45,842 bases of DNA from a virus. Position numbers and translations under genes: made by a program. Position 1 is the stretch's first letter; each line of letters starts with the position of its first letter. The notes beneath the pieces are model-generated. The model did not search any database, had not been told where the DNA came from, and saw only the letters and a program-made list of their open reading frames with translations. Shown in pieces: positions 45,232 to 45,842 of this stretch. Location: IMG/VR virus record IMGVR_UViG_3300049639_000145, one strand, 5' to 3'.

Positions 45232-45842
45232 TTAACCGAATGCGTTTTTAAAAAAGGTATTATTTTCCTGGGTGCTGTTATTTGCCCCCTGGGGTATTCC
45301 TATCCCTGAGCTGCTGTAGTCCTTCGCCTTATCTACTAGCTGAGTGCAGGCAGCCCGTGCGTTTATAATCTGCCCGCACCTTTCCCTAGGCACGCTTATA
45401 TTATTAGCTTTCTCTTTCACCTGGTTCTTTATGGCCTGTTTAAGCTTCTCCTCATCCTGGACCATCTCAACAGTATCACGGACCGGATTTTTAACAGTAT
45501 CCTTTATCTTCTCGGCGGCCTTTCCATCTGTAGGATATATTACAGGAGAACCTCCGCCAGAGGACGCTACCGTTATGTACGCGCTCTTTGTTTCAGTATC
45601 GGTTGAAACGGCATTGGTCGCCGTCAGTGTAACTGTGTAAGTGCCAGGAGAAGTGTATCTATGTGTAGGATTTTGCTCTGTTGAAGTTGTTCCATCTCCA
45701 AAATTCCAGAGCCATGATCTTGGTAACCCTGTCGAAGTGTCTGAAAAACTGAATGTAGTATTAGTTGTCCCGCTTCTGACAGGTGCGCTGAAATTCGCAT
45801 CTATCCGCATGCTGTCGTATTCGAAATTTGAGAATTTTATGG
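45232..45842 (-). CDS. 5'-truncated PKD protein whose shared PKD module is fused in frame to a different ~97-aa Lys-rich C-terminus
   Basis: Frame is open to the window end (IKFSNFEYDSMRIDANFSAP...). PKD part is near-identical to 1..279 and diverges after YPTDGK. Confidence 0.7.
   Translation of the reverse strand, partial: IKFSNFEYDSMRIDANFSAPVRSGTTNTTFSFSDTSTGLPRSWLWNFGDGTTSTEQNPTHRYTSPGTYTVTLTATNAVSTDTETKSAYITVASSGGGSPVIYPTDGKAAEKIKDTVKNPVRDTVEMVQDEEKLKQAIKNQVKEKANNISVPRERCGQIINARAACTQLVDKAKDYSSSGIGIPQGANNSTQENNTFFKNAFG
45521..45799. repeat. Right arm of >=279-bp inverted repeat (partner 1..279)
   Basis: 277/279 identical to the reverse complement of 1..279. Confidence 0.95.

Overview
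The window is almost entirely one tailed dsDNA (siphovirus-like) archaeal virus or provirus, most likely of Methanosarcina. The host call rests on a DUF1699 gene, PKD and DUF2341 adhesin domains, GAGGTG-type RBSs, archaeal TATA promoters and an A1-U72 tRNA-Gln. Gene order: 5'-truncated PKD/GH16-like/CBM-like adhesin, BppU-like gene, moron region with an IS200/IS605 TnpB element, head-tail joining and tail genes (including tail tube, frameshifting chaperone and 927-aa tape measure), DUF2341-hub protein, two beta-helix proteins, and a holin-like gene split by a second TnpB element. Early and accessory genes follow: an IbrA/IbrB/SNF2/HARP-like cassette between 37-bp direct repeats, Dam, a tRNA cluster, Gam/Gp157-like, ParB-MTase and radical SAM. 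Then come terminase, a Cas4-like nuclease, a second PAPS-reductase-like gene, portal and MuF. I recognised no major capsid protein, protease, integrase or replicative enzyme. The most striking unexplained signals are (i) an anti-repeat plus repeat-spacer-repeat (39/34/39 bp) between the promoter and start codon of the first tnpB, and (ii) a >=279-bp inverted repeat at the two window ends that gives one PKD module two alternative in-frame 3' ends. All calls were made by eye from the sequence and ORF track; no database searches were run.
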